A stretch of 64,000 nucleotides of DNA from Dicyema japonicum (lineage: Eukaryota > Animalia > Dicyemida): positions 298,049-362,048 of the forward strand of contig RDEW01000016.1 of the NCBI GenBank assembly GCA_011109175.1. The letters run 5' to 3'. The notes under the pieces are model-generated. The model was not told the origin of the DNA and made no database searches. It saw only the letters and a program-made list of their open reading frames with translations. The translations under genes and the position numbers were made by a program. How positions within the stretch are numbered: position 1 is the stretch's first letter; each line of letters starts with the position of its first letter. Positions 34,961-47,094 of this stretch are shown in pieces.

Positions 34961-35829
34961 TTTGATACTTAACAAAATTTGATTAAAATTAAGTTAAAAA
35001 CATTAAGTGCACGAAATTAATAAGGTCATATTTAATTTTTAAGATTTTAAAAGTTATATATTTAAGGTCATATTTTAATCATTTTTAAGTCATATTTGTG
35101 GTTGCCATAGATATCAGTATTGAAATATCCTCCAAATAGGCGTCATAAAGAATAGTTTTTTTGGTGGCGTCGGTGATACTTAAACGAACAAGTCTGATAA
35201 CCCATCCCTCATTCTTTCCATTCGAATGGACAAGTATACCTTGAATCAAAAAGTAGGTCCCGAAAAGGATAGTCAACCTTTTCCAAAATGCTTTGTCACA
35301 ATTTTCACTCCGACTGACGTCAACTAAATATTAAACCGAATATTAAACACTGGGTTCTTCTAGTCTCTAAAACCCCAAAAATCCCTGTGGCTTATTTACG
35401 ACCAATGCTTGACATTTTCCTCTCACGTGTTCCACGTTGTCGCAACGGCAAAAAGGAAATTGAAATCATTTTCTGAGCTATAATGTCTTCATTAATTTAT
35501 AATAGATCTAAATTGAGGATACTCAACCCTGTATCAAAATATCTCACGACAAAGTATCAACGAACGTGATCAGGATTTTTAAAAGTGGATTCGACTTCTG
35601 GTGAGTAGTTTATAACGAAAAACCAGCAGTTTGCGCATTAAATTATGAAAACTCAACGGAATCGCCAAATATCTCGTTCAAGAATCTCTGAAAATACAAG
35701 AATTGATGTTTTGCAAATGTGTTGTAAATTGTTATAAAAATAAGCATTATTAGCCCATTTTATAAATCCACACTAAAATTGAAGTTTTATTTTTTATTTT
35801 TAAAATCCCAAAACCACCAAGAAAGAAAG

Positions 35830-36320
35830 TATTAACTCATTAATTAGATGATCCCAACCTCCAACATGAATTCTTCTCGAATGCTACACCAGCCATCCAA
35901 CTGCACTCCGGGAGTGTCTTCTTTTATGTCTGGGGAGGAATTCTATCGAAGTGCACTTTTTATTGTCGATCTGAATTCCTCCTTTGGGTCGCCCTTTCTC
36001 TGAATTGGTTTCCTAGTTCCTTTCAAGATGCGTAAGAAGCCCTGACTATTTCTCAACGTCGCCGCCTCTGAAAGGAGACTGTGGATGGATGTGGTGTCTG
36101 ATTGTATATGACTCATGAAGTGTCATCTAAACAGAGTCGAAAGTATATCGATAGACACCAGAGCCGTCCGTAAATGCGTCTTCATGTTGCAGCCGTCTGT
36201 GATGATCTGGGAAACAAATTCCAAATGAGTCGTTGTAGAACGGCCTGCTCTAAAGCCACGTTGAAAATTGGGCAATTGTAGAACAGGAGAAATTAGCATT
36301 AATGAAAACTTATCCAACAC
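35830..36320 (-). mobile_element. Internally deleted I-group LINE remnant
   Basis: FQRGFRAGRSTTTHL..TALVSIDI joined to a LINE 3' end. Confidence 0.65.
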
Positions 36321-36390
36321 TCTTGAAAAGGCGCAATTTTTTTTTTAGTTTATAGGCGCAAGTTATGGAGACAGAGCGGTAAGAAAATGG

Positions 36391-37390
36391 GGAGTGCGGA
36401 AAAAAAGTCAAGCGTAAAAAGGTCAAGCAAAAAAAAGTCAAGTCATCTTTTTTAAGTTTATATCGCATTTTTATAGCAGTAATAGCATCTTTTAATTTTT
36501 AACATTTTTTTCAACACTTGACTTTTTTTCCAATTATTTTAAATTTTCGAAATTTAGCGCAAAACGGAAAAAAAGTCAAGTCCATGATTTCGTTAGCGGA
36601 TTTGACTTTTTTCCGCTTTGGTATAATCGCTTTGAAATAAATCAATTTAAGAATTTCAAGGAAATAATAAAATTGACTTGACTTTTTTCGCTTTGGTTTA
36701 ATCTTTTTGACTTAATCAATATACGGATTTCAAGGTTATAATTAAGCGTATTTTAAAAATTATGCTTGCCGCAAAAATAGTGACAAAATGGAGATAACAT
36801 CAACTAACAAAGGAGGAAAGAAAATTTGTTTTAAGTGTTATATGTATACAAAGCACTCAGTGACAAAAAACTATATAATTTTTAAATGTGTGAAAAAATC
36901 TTCACAAGGATGCAGAGGAAGCCTAGATCATAATTTTGAATTTCCCAAAGAAGGAATTTCTCACAATCACGAATTTGACAAAAGTCAAATAAAACTGATG
37001 AAATTGTGCAACGAAGCAAAACTTATTGCTAAAACGAGTCAAGAAAATCCCTTACAAATCTATTCAAAGGTTGTGTCTCAATGTGAAACAGCAACCAGAG
37101 ATTATTCTCCCTTCTGCAGATTCTTTCAAGCGAACACTAAGGAATCAACGCTTGTCTCTACATATTCCAAAAAATATTTTCGATCTCGGAGATATTCCAT
37201 CGTCTTTAACTTTAACTCTTGGTCCAGATTCAGAAAATTTTTTAATTTATGATAATCATAGAAGAACCGATAGAATATTAATATTCAGCACTAAAACTAA
37301 TTTAACGTTATTGGCGAATTCAAAATCATGGTATATGGATGGAAATTTCTCCATGGCACCATGTATCTTCAAGCAAATCTATAACTAAAG
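36391..37390 (+). mobile_element. Mutator (MULE) element: left TIR + FLYWCH-MULE transposase (frameshifted, 3'-truncated)
   Basis: TIR nearly identical to MITE 23607-23930; ORF 36788 (YMYTK..FKC..C..HNH zinc finger) and RILIFST..LLANSKSWYMDGNFSMAP. Confidence 0.9.
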
Positions 37391-37599
37391 AAATATAATT
37401 TCCTCAATAATAAATAACCTATTCGAATACTATTTAGTTTGCACTTTGCCTTCTTGAAGACCAGAGGACACCTCCGAGTTCTGCACAGAACAAAATAGAC
37501 CAGTCAGATCTCTGGGAGCGTCCGCTCTTGGCTGTGACGTTCTTGTTAGTCATCGGTTTCTTTCACATGAAGAGACAGTGGTAAATAAAATTGACAATA

Positions 37600-38770
37600 C
37601 TTACTTATCATCGGCTTACTCCTCCTGTCAAGCTCCTACATTCTCTTTATAGCGGGAGACTGGAATTCAAAAGTGGGGAAAAAGCGGGACGAATCAAATT
37701 GCTTAGGCAGTCACGCTCGAGGGATCAGATATCTGTCCGGGGAGGCCCTTATACTTTTCTGCGAGTCAGTTGACTATTTCTTTGTAACACAAAAGAGTGA
37801 GGGGACTATCCTGAGATACATTGGATAATCTGTCAAATGACGCCGAACGGTACAAACATGGTGCAGGAATGTTTGCTGCTGTTAAACAATTATCCCGCAA
37901 AACCAGACTGGAAAGAATCACAGTTCTTGATGATACAGGAAAAGTAATAATCAACGGCCAGGAATCAGCGAATAATAACTGCCGCTTTCTAAAAAAACGA
38001 CTAAATCTCAATGAACACTTGGAACCGTTCGAAGGAATTCCCAGATACTTGAATCAAAACATCAGGCATTACGAAGTCGTTTCAGCCTCAAGAACGGCAT
38101 AGCCCCTGGACCGGACAACGTGAATGCCTACGGCCGATTACACTAATAAGGAAAAACCTTTGTTATGATGGATCGTATTTCAAGCCCTGTAAATGATTTC
38201 CTGCACCCGAGTCAAAGTGGATTCAGACCTGGAAAGTCGACAGCAGACGTTGCATGGAGTCACAGGTGGATGTGTGCAATGCACCAGAAACACAAAGAAG
38301 AAATCTAAATCCTTGGAATTGACTTATCCCGTGCTTTCGACACTATCAACCGCAAAAAGCTAATGCACGTACTGGAGAGTATTCTAGACGAGGATGCATC
38401 ACGTATGATCAAATTTTTACTCTCCAACACATCGCCATCAATGTGCGTGGGAAATTACAACTCAACAAGATTTAAAACCGACACCGGCGCACTACAGTGA
38501 GACATATCCCCGGTCCTATTCATAATATACCTGGAGGCAGCTCTAAGACCTTTCCGGAAAAAGAATTGTTTCTCTAACGTGATAGAAGTAATCTAAAGCT
38601 GATTATATTGATTTCGTTTGCCGGGATACGCTGGAAACTATACTATAAGTGATCCCTCAAGGCTTAGAGGACTGGTCCCTGGTAGTAAACCCAAACAAAA
38701 CGAAAAGAACTAGCATTTCTCGTTGCACGACGAGAACCGAGGAAAAGTGGAGAACATGCAAGAAAATTGT
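37600..38770 (+). mobile_element. RTE-like LINE RT fragment
   Basis: PSQSGFRPGKSTADV, ILGIDLSRAFDTINRKKL, SPVLF.IYLEAAL. Confidence 0.8.
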
Positions 38771-38789
38771 TGCTCAATGTGCTTCAAAA

Positions 38790-39060
38790 TAGTTCTAAAA
38801 AAGGTAATTTTGATCGTTTATTTATAGAGGGCGATTTTTGTCAATAAAGTCAAAAATTTGATATGTTCTTTAAAATTGTTTAAAACTTAAAAATGTAGTT
38901 CTTAGTCAAAAATATTATAATAATCAAAAGTTATAAGTCAAAAAAGTCAAAATTTCGGGTAATAAAAAAGGTCAAAATTTTATCAAAAAGATCAAAATTT
39001 AATTTTTTGGTCAATAAAGTCAAAATTTTTATTGATTTTTATTTTTAATTTTTCTAGTTT
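38790..39060. repeat. Remnant of TIR-like DNA with aaagtcaaaa subrepeats
   Basis: Iterated gtcaataaagtcaaaa; related inverted remnant at 51860-51930. Confidence 0.45.
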
Positions 39061-39339
39061 TTTGATAAAATACTAGCGTGGGATTAATTATCATCATTCA
39101 CTATGTTGCCGCGTTTAATCAAGAATGACATTGAAATCACCTCATCACTTGAAGACCTTATCCGACAAATGGAAAGGGTTTTGCATCCTTGTACAGGCAG
39201 TCCAACTCCCAACAATGCCAGGACGTTTCTTATGAGAAGAATACATCACCCTTTTTTAATTTCTATTCCCCGAACCATCCCGCCCACACCACGTGAGGAG
39301 CACCTAAATAGAAGTTGGACTTAACATCTTAATACTCCA

Positions 39340-40085
39340 GAGGGCAGCACTAATCAGAAAGCGTATTCAAACGTGTCTTCGAAAAGAAGCTGCTCCTTGA
39401 GAGCATTGAGGATGCGAAAAGACATGCATGTCTAAAAACGGGTAGCTGCCATTCAGTAGGTGCCTGGAGGAATGCTTGAAATTTGATCGCTGCCTCGCTC
39501 TGTCTTCGACATATAGTGTGTGCTGAGCGAAATCTCGCTTTGGACATTTGATCAATCCACATGGTTACCATCCAATGTCGTACAGGTTGAGCGCGGGTCG
39601 TTTCTCAAGGCATGCCTGTCTCAACATGACGTTAAAAAACGCACTTTCCTCTGCTGGCCACTAATTCACTTTGAAGCCGACTGATCTCACTAGGAGAGAT
39701 GACAAACGCCCCACGGGATGACAACATCATCTTTTGCTAATGGTCGGAACCTGTTTTGGAATGCTAAATGTGTTGATACATACTCTCCGAAGAATTTGGT
39801 CGCTTATGTCTCGGATCCAGGTCATGCATCTGAGCAAGTCGAGGATCAGAAAGAAGAAATTACCGAAGCATTTCAGATGAACATTTGTTTGTCCCATTTA
39901 TTATTGAGACGTCAAGAATCCTTGTCAAGAATGTCAAGAATGTTCCACAAGTTAAAGACCTAGTTCGTCGGATCGGCTCAATGATCCAAAGAATCAACAA
40001 GAATCCAAGTGTGATTGGATGGCTTCGAGAGCGCATCTCGAAAGCTATTTTCAGAGGAAACAGCCTGGTGATTCAAGCTCTTTAG
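39340..40085 (+). mobile_element. CRE-clade element 3' part
   Basis: RHACLNMTLKNAL, NGRNLFWNAKCVDTYSP, WLRERISKAIFRGNS; same family as 51955-52448. Confidence 0.85.
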
Positions 40086-40184
40086 ATTAAGTGTTCTTTT
40101 AACAGTTTAATATAAAATTAAATTTTTATCACCACAACAAATTTTTGTTCTCCCTGACCAACTCAAAAAGTGAAGATTATTACT

Positions 40185-40560
40185 AAAAAACCATGATGTC
40201 CGCGAATCTCAATGGCTCATCTAGATTATCCTTATAGATATCAAAATCTTATTGTTATTGGATAACGCTGCCTACCACAAATTACCAACGTTTAGTAATA
40301 TCGATTTTTTTATTTTTGCCAAAAAATACGACGCCATTTCTTCAATCATTGGATGCTGGAATCATTAAAAATGTCAAAGACAATTTTTTAAACTGTCTAC
40401 CGAATTCTTATAAACATCAAGACAACTAGAATTTGAACCTCTATCCAATTTAATTTGCCGCAAGTGGTGACAATAATCTCAGATGCATGGAGTAATGCTG
40501 AAATTATCTCTAATTGCTGGCAAAAAATTTTTCGACAATCTCTATCTCACTTTGATTGCA
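40185..40560 (+). mobile_element. pogo/Tigger transposase DDE_1 fragment
   Basis: ILLLLDNAAYH..FLPKNTTPFLQSLDAGIIKNVK..DAW..NCW. Confidence 0.8.
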
Positions 40561-40974
40561 TAAATGAATAATCAGAAGAAATATTTAATAATGCTATTAA
40601 TGAAATTGAAGATATCAAAATCTTTAAGGATGGAAGACATAGAGGCAAACATTTTTGATTCCAGACTATCTTCATGATTTTTATAAATTCAGAAAGTGAG
40701 GGTAGAAATAAATATAAATATGGAGAGAAAATAACTGTTACTATGGCAACCAAAAGTCATATCTTACTTGATTGGTCATATTATTGATTTTTATAAATAT
40801 AATTATTATTTGTCACAGAGACATCCCATCGGAATTATTGATTGAATGTTGCGTGTTTTCATTTATTAAAAAATTCACGGAAGTGGTTGACCAAACTATT
40901 TTTAACAATAAAATTTATTTAAAAATGTTATTTTTAATTTTTTAATTTAGTATTAGTAGTATTTCTCAAACAAA

Positions 40975-41720
40975 CTGTGGAGTCACTAATTAACGTCTGC
41001 TTCGACGAACTTGGTTGAAGTAATGTAAGCTTTCTTCTGGATTTGGGGGTGTCGGTCTATGATCGGCGCTGGAGGTTGCGTACCCGGCGTATCTATCGTC
41101 TCTCTCAAGCTGCAGCTATTTGACACGGCAAGTCCTTCAACGAAGCAAAGTATTTGGAATAACATTGTCTGCTCCAAAATTTTGGAAGACCTTAAAAAGG
41201 AAGCAAATCAACATCGTCTGGCATGTTTGGTGTCAGCTTCAAGTGGAGAGTGGAGCATGGCTTAGTGCAATACCTTGCCCAAACCTAGGGACTCATTTGG
41301 ACGACAATTCTTGAGGATTGGAATCGGACAAAGGCTAGGATTAGTCGTTTGCCAAGAGCACCGATGCCGCTGCGGGAAAATAGTTGATGCGAAGGGATAG
41401 CACTCGCTGTCCTGCAGAAGAAGCGCCGGAAAAAGACCACGTCACGCTGCTCTGAACGATGTGATCGTCAGAGCTCTGAAGGCTAAAGGCTTCTCATAGC
41501 TTGAACCAGTGGGTCTCGATCGAGGAGATGGAAAGAGATCTGACGGGATGACCCTTTTCCCTTTACATCCGAAAGATCTTTGGTCTGGGACGCAACTTGT
41601 GTTGACACATTTTCAAGCACGAATCTTTTCAAATCGGTTCAGACATCTAAAGCAGCTGCTTCAATTGCGGAAAAACTAAAAATCAAGAAATATTCTTGCC
41701 TCGGGGACCAGTACCGATTT
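40975..41720 (+). mobile_element. CRE-clade element 3' part (distinct subfamily)
   Basis: ESGAWLSAIPCPNLGTHLDDNS, CRCGKIVD..HSLSC, RHAALNDVIVRAL, VWDATCVDTF; cut by a 38-bp direct repeat at 41722-41759/41765-41802. Confidence 0.88.
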
Positions 41721-41864
41721 ACTAGCATATTCTCTCGATTCGAGACTCAATAAAATCCGGTCTTCTAGCATATTCTCTCGATTCGAGACTCAATAAAATC
41801 CGACACTCATTGCTGAAAATTACATTTTTCCATTCGAAGAGTATTTTAGTTTTGCACCACAATT

Positions 41865-42173
41865 TTATTTTGTTTTTTGAGGCTCTGTAAGCAACAGTTT
41901 TTTGACCGCTGCTCGTCCGAAAAGATTATTTTGACTTAATATTCTTTCGATGAGGAACATCACAGTCTGTTCAGATCTTATTAGATGTTTTTTTTGGGAT
42001 GCACACAAAATTTCGGACGAGAATTCTTTCATATCGTGCCGACAAAATTTTTTTCCGGCCAGATTTAGGTCTATCATTGCAGTCATATCCTTCAATATAG
42101 CGCTTATTGATTTCACGAACTGTACTTCTGCCAATTCCGAGAGTGCTAGCAACTTTAGAAATCGAAATCCCAT
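41865..42173 (-). CDS. Hypothetical protein (~102 aa), orphan
   Basis: ATG-initiated ORF in AT-rich DNA, no family recognised. Confidence 0.35.
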   Translation of the reverse strand: MGFRFLKLLALSELAEVQFVKSISAILKDMTAMIDLNLAGKKFCRHDMKEFSSEILCASQKKHLIRSEQTVMFLIERILSQNNLFGRAAVKKLLLTEPQKTK

Positions 42174-42492
42174 TTTCAATTTAAAAAAATGATTTTATAA
42201 CGATTTTCAACTTAAACACGTGGCATTTAACGTTTTTTTAATTTTATTGTACATTTAAAGTATTTAAAAATAAAATAATTAATACTTGACTTCAGATATA
42301 TCTAATTTTTTACGTGGCGGTAACATATGCACGGCTTAATTTTCATTATAAAAATAAAAAGTGGAAAAATCCCATTTTTAATGGATGAAATAAAAATATA
42401 AAAAATTGATTAGGTTGGCTAAAATTTAAAAAGCATGTTTGCTTTTTAAAATAACAAAAATTATCAAATAAAAGTAACATTTTGCTTATCTT

Positions 42493-42894
42493 ATGAATTA
42501 CTTGACCCTGGCGGTAACATTTGCACGAGGCTGTATATACAACAAGACATGTAGACATGCATTAGATGTACATTTTATCAAACATAAGCAAATAATCGAC
42601 AGAGATAAAATCAAGTGGAATACCTCTCTGCAAATTTTGTTGAATAAAATAATAAGAATTTCTGATGTGAAGGAAGAAAGTAACAATCCACAGAAATGTA
42701 CTTTTGTAATAGAAGGATTGCTGGGAATAATCCACTCTTGCCAAATTGTAGAGCGTGCGGCTGTGATCTACACTTTCTTTATTAAGAAGATTACGTCTCT
42801 CCATGATCATATATACCAAGAAATAGAAAAGGTGATAAAAAATTTATTTGATAAAAGTTTGATAAATCGTACACTTTCAATAATAAAGAAATAA
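42493..42894 (+). CDS. Hypothetical protein (133 aa), orphan
   Basis: 133 open codons in very AT-rich DNA are unlikely by chance; no family recognised. Confidence 0.45.
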   Translation: MNYLTLAVTFARGCIYNKTCRHALDVHFIKHKQIIDRDKIKWNTSLQILLNKIIRISDVKEESNNPQKCTFVIEGLLGIIHSCQIVERAAVIYTFFIKKITSLHDHIYQEIEKVIKNLFDKSLINRTLSIIKK

Positions 42895-43009
42895 AACGAA
42901 TATATAGAAATACAAATAATACAACACAGCCCCAAAAAAGGCTTTTATAGCGTGAGTTATAATTTTTATTGATGATGGTTAACCACGTTAAAATATTATT
43001 ATTATTGAA

Positions 43010-44030
43010 CCAAAAAACACCGTCAAATCCAAAATAAACAAAATTCAGGTGATCCTTCCATCAACAGTCTCCGCATCTTTTCTCGGTGTTCCGACTGCGT
43101 TCCGGTGCATTTTCGATATGGACGGGGTCCGCATACTCGACTCCTTCGCAGGGGCACTGTTCCAGTCGCCTCTATCGTATTTTCTAGGTTTCTAGGCAGG
43201 ATTTCCACTCGGGAATATTTCCTTATGAGGTTTGCTGCCTTCACTTGAATGTTTCATATCTTGTCCAAATTCGTTGCAAAAAGGTTAGATCCCCAGATAT
43301 TACATGCGTATCCAATTGTAGCCTCGATGAACTGTTTGCATATGACATCCAGACCACTCAGATCTTTTTTGTCTCTTAGGTTTCCCAAGAACGCCTTCAG
43401 GAAGTTGATTTTCCTCGTACATGTCAATAACACATTACCAATTGTTTTGTAAAGGTTAAGAAAGTGTCAAAGTAACTCCTAGGATCTTCTGACATTTGAT
43501 ATATCTCCCATCCAGTGTGACGTCAATTGATACTTTTCCTAGTCTTCTGTTTGTCGTGAATAGGGTCAACACCGACTTCTCCGGGCTAGCAGTCAATTGA
43601 TTTTCCCAAAGCCATAAACTTAATTTATTCAGATTGTCCTGTATTCTTTCGTTGCTTCCACAATACTCATATACCTCGAGGCAATGACTACATCATCAGC
43701 ATACGTTAATAATATGTCATTGTCCCACTGAGGGAATGGCAAGTTATCCATACAACGATAAACAAGAGAGGAGATAATGGGGAACCCTGGGAAACGCCAT
43801 TTACTAATAGTCTCGATACGGAACATCGATTGCCATAGTGTACTGGTCGACCACTCAAGAAATTTCCCATCCACAATTTCAGGTTCGCGTCAATGTTCGA
43901 CGAATATATTTTGTGCGTGATAATCATCCTCGAAACCGAGTCAAAAGCCTTCTGGATATCAATTGAGCATACAATTCGTCTTTTTCTGTCCTGGTTTTTT
44001 GTTAAGACCATCTGTTATGAACTTCTTTAA
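43010..44030 (-). mobile_element. Ingi/Vingi-like LINE RT and 3' end, degraded
   Basis: SIDIQKAFDSV, NGVSQGSPLSPLLF, TYADDVVI; 3' end resembles 25460. Confidence 0.85.
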
Positions 44031-44299
44031 TGTATTTAGGTGTGTTATAGTTAGGGGTGATGAAGTTAATTTTAATTTATTACCCCAAAAACACCAATAG
44101 TTAATCTCTTGAAATTAGGTGATTCCGACAATCCTGATGAGATTTCTCAGCTTCTCCTGATGTTGGACTTTTGACCCAACACAGTCAGGGTACGGGCGGG
44201 GGACAGTGTTCGTGAGTAGACCAAATGGGGTGATGNAAATACAACCGACAATCAGTTATGGGTGTGAAGATATTAATATTAATACAATAAAATTCAAGT

Positions 44300-45080
44300 T
44301 TTGTTTGAAATGACTTAATAGCCTCCTTGCAATGATTGATATCGATATTTTTTATTTGTAATTTCTTGTTTGTTTAATTTCTCAAAAATATCAGCCAAAT
44401 AAATATATCAGTTTTAGCAGTAATAGTTTTTTCAGTGAAACCTTTATCTTTCATAAACATAACTATTGAGTTCCAAAGAAAAACCATCTTAAAGTTTTAA
44501 AATCATCAATTTCTTCAAATAATATTCGAAAAAACGATCCTGAAGTGAATGAAATTTTATATTATTGACAGCATCAATAACCACGAAAAGAGAAATAAAA
44601 AGACGACCTCTTAACTTTTTAGTAATTAAATGTTATGACACAGTGAATGGGAAACAAACATCCTCTGTATTTCCCAACCATAGAAGCAGTCAGTGGCACA
44701 TGCAATTATGTTTTCAAGAGGAATATTATTCAAACAAAAATATGCTTCAACTTCATTAAAAAGTAACACTCCTTTTGTATCACTTATATTTCTTGCAAAA
44801 AAACATTTCTTCAATAATTTCACTGCCATTTCAAAACCTTACACATGTCATAAGGAGAGAACCGTCTATCTTTAATGAATAGTTTGTATTTCTTAGCAAA
44901 CGTATTAATTGAGACTCGATTTCTTGTGCCATATTATCGATCCTTCTGGTAGATCTACTTAACTGAATTGAATATTTTCATTTGATTCCTCATTAAGAAC
45001 TTAAATTAGTGATTCTCCAATATTATGATAATTCCCCGACTTGGATGATTTGATTAAACCTAAATAGAATGTGAAATTTA
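44300..45080 (-). mobile_element. hAT (Buster/Charlie-type) transposase remnant
   Basis: DTKGVLLFNEVEAYF..NIPLENIIACATD, HCV..HLITKKL. Confidence 0.8.
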
Positions 45081-46656
45081 TTACCTAAATTCTGTTTTTG
45101 TAGAGTTTCAATAAACATTGGAGAAAAAGTTTTGCTTTCGTATCTACTTATCTTTCATTTTTATAAGAAAAACTCCAAATGTTTATTTTTTTATTTTTAT
45201 GTGGAGTATCCGAATGAATTTTCTAACATTTGTTGACGGTGTAATTATTGTAGCCGAGACAGTTACGTGGTTATGGAAAAATCAGAAGTCTGTTTCAATT
45301 ATAAAATTATTATTCACAAAGCATATTGTACATTAGTGGCTTTGGAAACCATGATTAATGTTGGACTCACAAATATTCTGTTACATTAGTCGACACAATT
45401 GCATCAAATAGTTTTTAACTTAAACTGTTTTGAGGGGAGTTGCTATACATTTGTTGTTGACAGGGAATAAATGAAATGATAAATTCCTTAGTGAAACTAT
45501 AATTCCGACAGATTTAACAGAAACACTTTCTTCTCCCAATGTTCCGACCGAGTCTACACAAGTACGTGTTTGAAAAAAAACCAAACTAACTCATCCTCAC
45601 GTGTTGCAGTGTAACCTTCATCCAAACACAGTGATCCAGAAGCTGAGGTCAAAACAATAACTCGTTGGCAGGGAACAAAATAGTTTCTCAGTGGAATGAA
45701 GAGATGGATCAGGCATTTGGTGTCTACTGAGTAAGGTAGATACAGAAGGAATCAGTAGCCACATGGTACCACGAGGAATGTATAGTAGAAGAACAAAGTA
45801 TTTTATTTTAAAACCAAGAATCACAGCCATATTAGATGGAATACGTAGCCGTCAGGTGATCCAGTCTTTCTTCGTCCTGAGATTCGATGCACGTGTTAGT
45901 AATTGGATCCGCCTATTAATAATTTAATTTTGTGACAGCACGTATATTTTAGTGGTACAGTTTAGTGTGTCAATTCTGTCGGCTGCCTTTACCTCATATT
46001 TATTTGATCAATGAAAATCACAATTGTAAAATGTATGGATTTATTAGAAATGAGTCATTATAGCAAAAGCGAAAATTGTTCATTGTTATATAAGATTTTG
46101 TCATTCTCAGAAATTGCTCATTAAGACTTTTATACTCAAATGGATAAACTACCAAATAAATGAAATTTAATAAAATTCTATTTGTACATTCAATTGGTGC
46201 ATGGACGATATTCTCACTTTGAACGAAAGACTGATCTCCTGATAAGAATGACTGATTTATTAACCTCAGACCTGTATTTGGCTGATAATGCTTCGTCTGA
46301 ATGTTTCAACCCGACTAATACTTATTTTGGGAATTTTTGATTCAATCATGAACGACATTCTCACTTTGTGCAAAATTGAATAATTCTTTCATTTAGCAGA
46401 TTTTCAGACACCGCGCGCCCAAGTCTGGACAACATTGAATAATCTTAAACTCATTATTGACAAGGCATTGGAAGTTCTTTTAGGATTACTCTATCAGATG
46501 ATGTTTCTAACCATAAAATCTTTAGATAATTGTAGAAAATAATCAGATTTCTTTAATGTTAACGAAATAAACAACTTGCGGTTTCCTAACACTTAATTCA
46601 AGCATATCTTGAACGCACAGGTTTGATACTGAAGCAGGATTATGCAAAATTAGTCC

Positions 46657-46730
46657 CACGTGCTTTACTACCAAAGCGAGCGAAAAAAATATTCGCTTAT
46701 CAATGACGTCATTGTTGCATATAAATATAA
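46657..46730 (+). promoter_or_regulatory. Candidate promoter: E-box CACGTG (46657), perfect palindrome CAATGACGTCATTG (46701-46714), TATA-like (46719-46730)
   Basis: Three canonical elements within 95 bp upstream of ATG 46750. Confidence 0.45.
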
Positions 46731-46749
46731 TTTGCCGCAGTTTCCCTTG

Positions 46750-47094
46750 ATGGATGGTTCGGACTCATCGACAACTAAGACTAATGGAGGCTCCCCAAAC
46801 AGTATGTTTGAGACCCTACTGGCAGCTGCAGCTCTAATAGAAGATGACGAAGATTTCGCGAGGCGGCAAATGGCCAAGATACCGAAACGTGAGTCTTCCC
46901 AATCGCCGACTCATCCACAGGAGGAGTCTCCCACTGAGTCACAAACTCCTAAGAGAGATGAAGCTCAAGCGATGACAGTTGAAGTACCTCGGCCTTTAGC
47001 CTTTTACGAGTTGCCCTTGTTTACAGGATTGGAACACCCGATCATGTATTTTGCTTATTTACTGGTAGGATCCCAGAATCTAGACACTGTGTGA
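46750..47094 (+). CDS. Small intronless protein (114 aa) with Sin3-interaction-domain-like helix
   Basis: SMFETLLAAAALIEDDE resembles the MNT/Mxd SID (MSIETLLEAARFLE); Ser/Pro/Glu-rich remainder; GC-richer than flanks. Confidence 0.6.
   Translation: MDGSDSSTTKTNGGSPNSMFETLLAAAALIEDDEDFARRQMAKIPKRESSQSPTHPQEESPTESQTPKRDEAQAMTVEVPRPLAFYELPLFTGLEHPIMYFAYLLVGSQNLDTV

Noticed and set aside
41722-41802. 38-bp direct repeat as an LTR or att site
   Set aside because: Only 5 bp apart and at a CRE truncation point; best explained as a repair or slippage duplication
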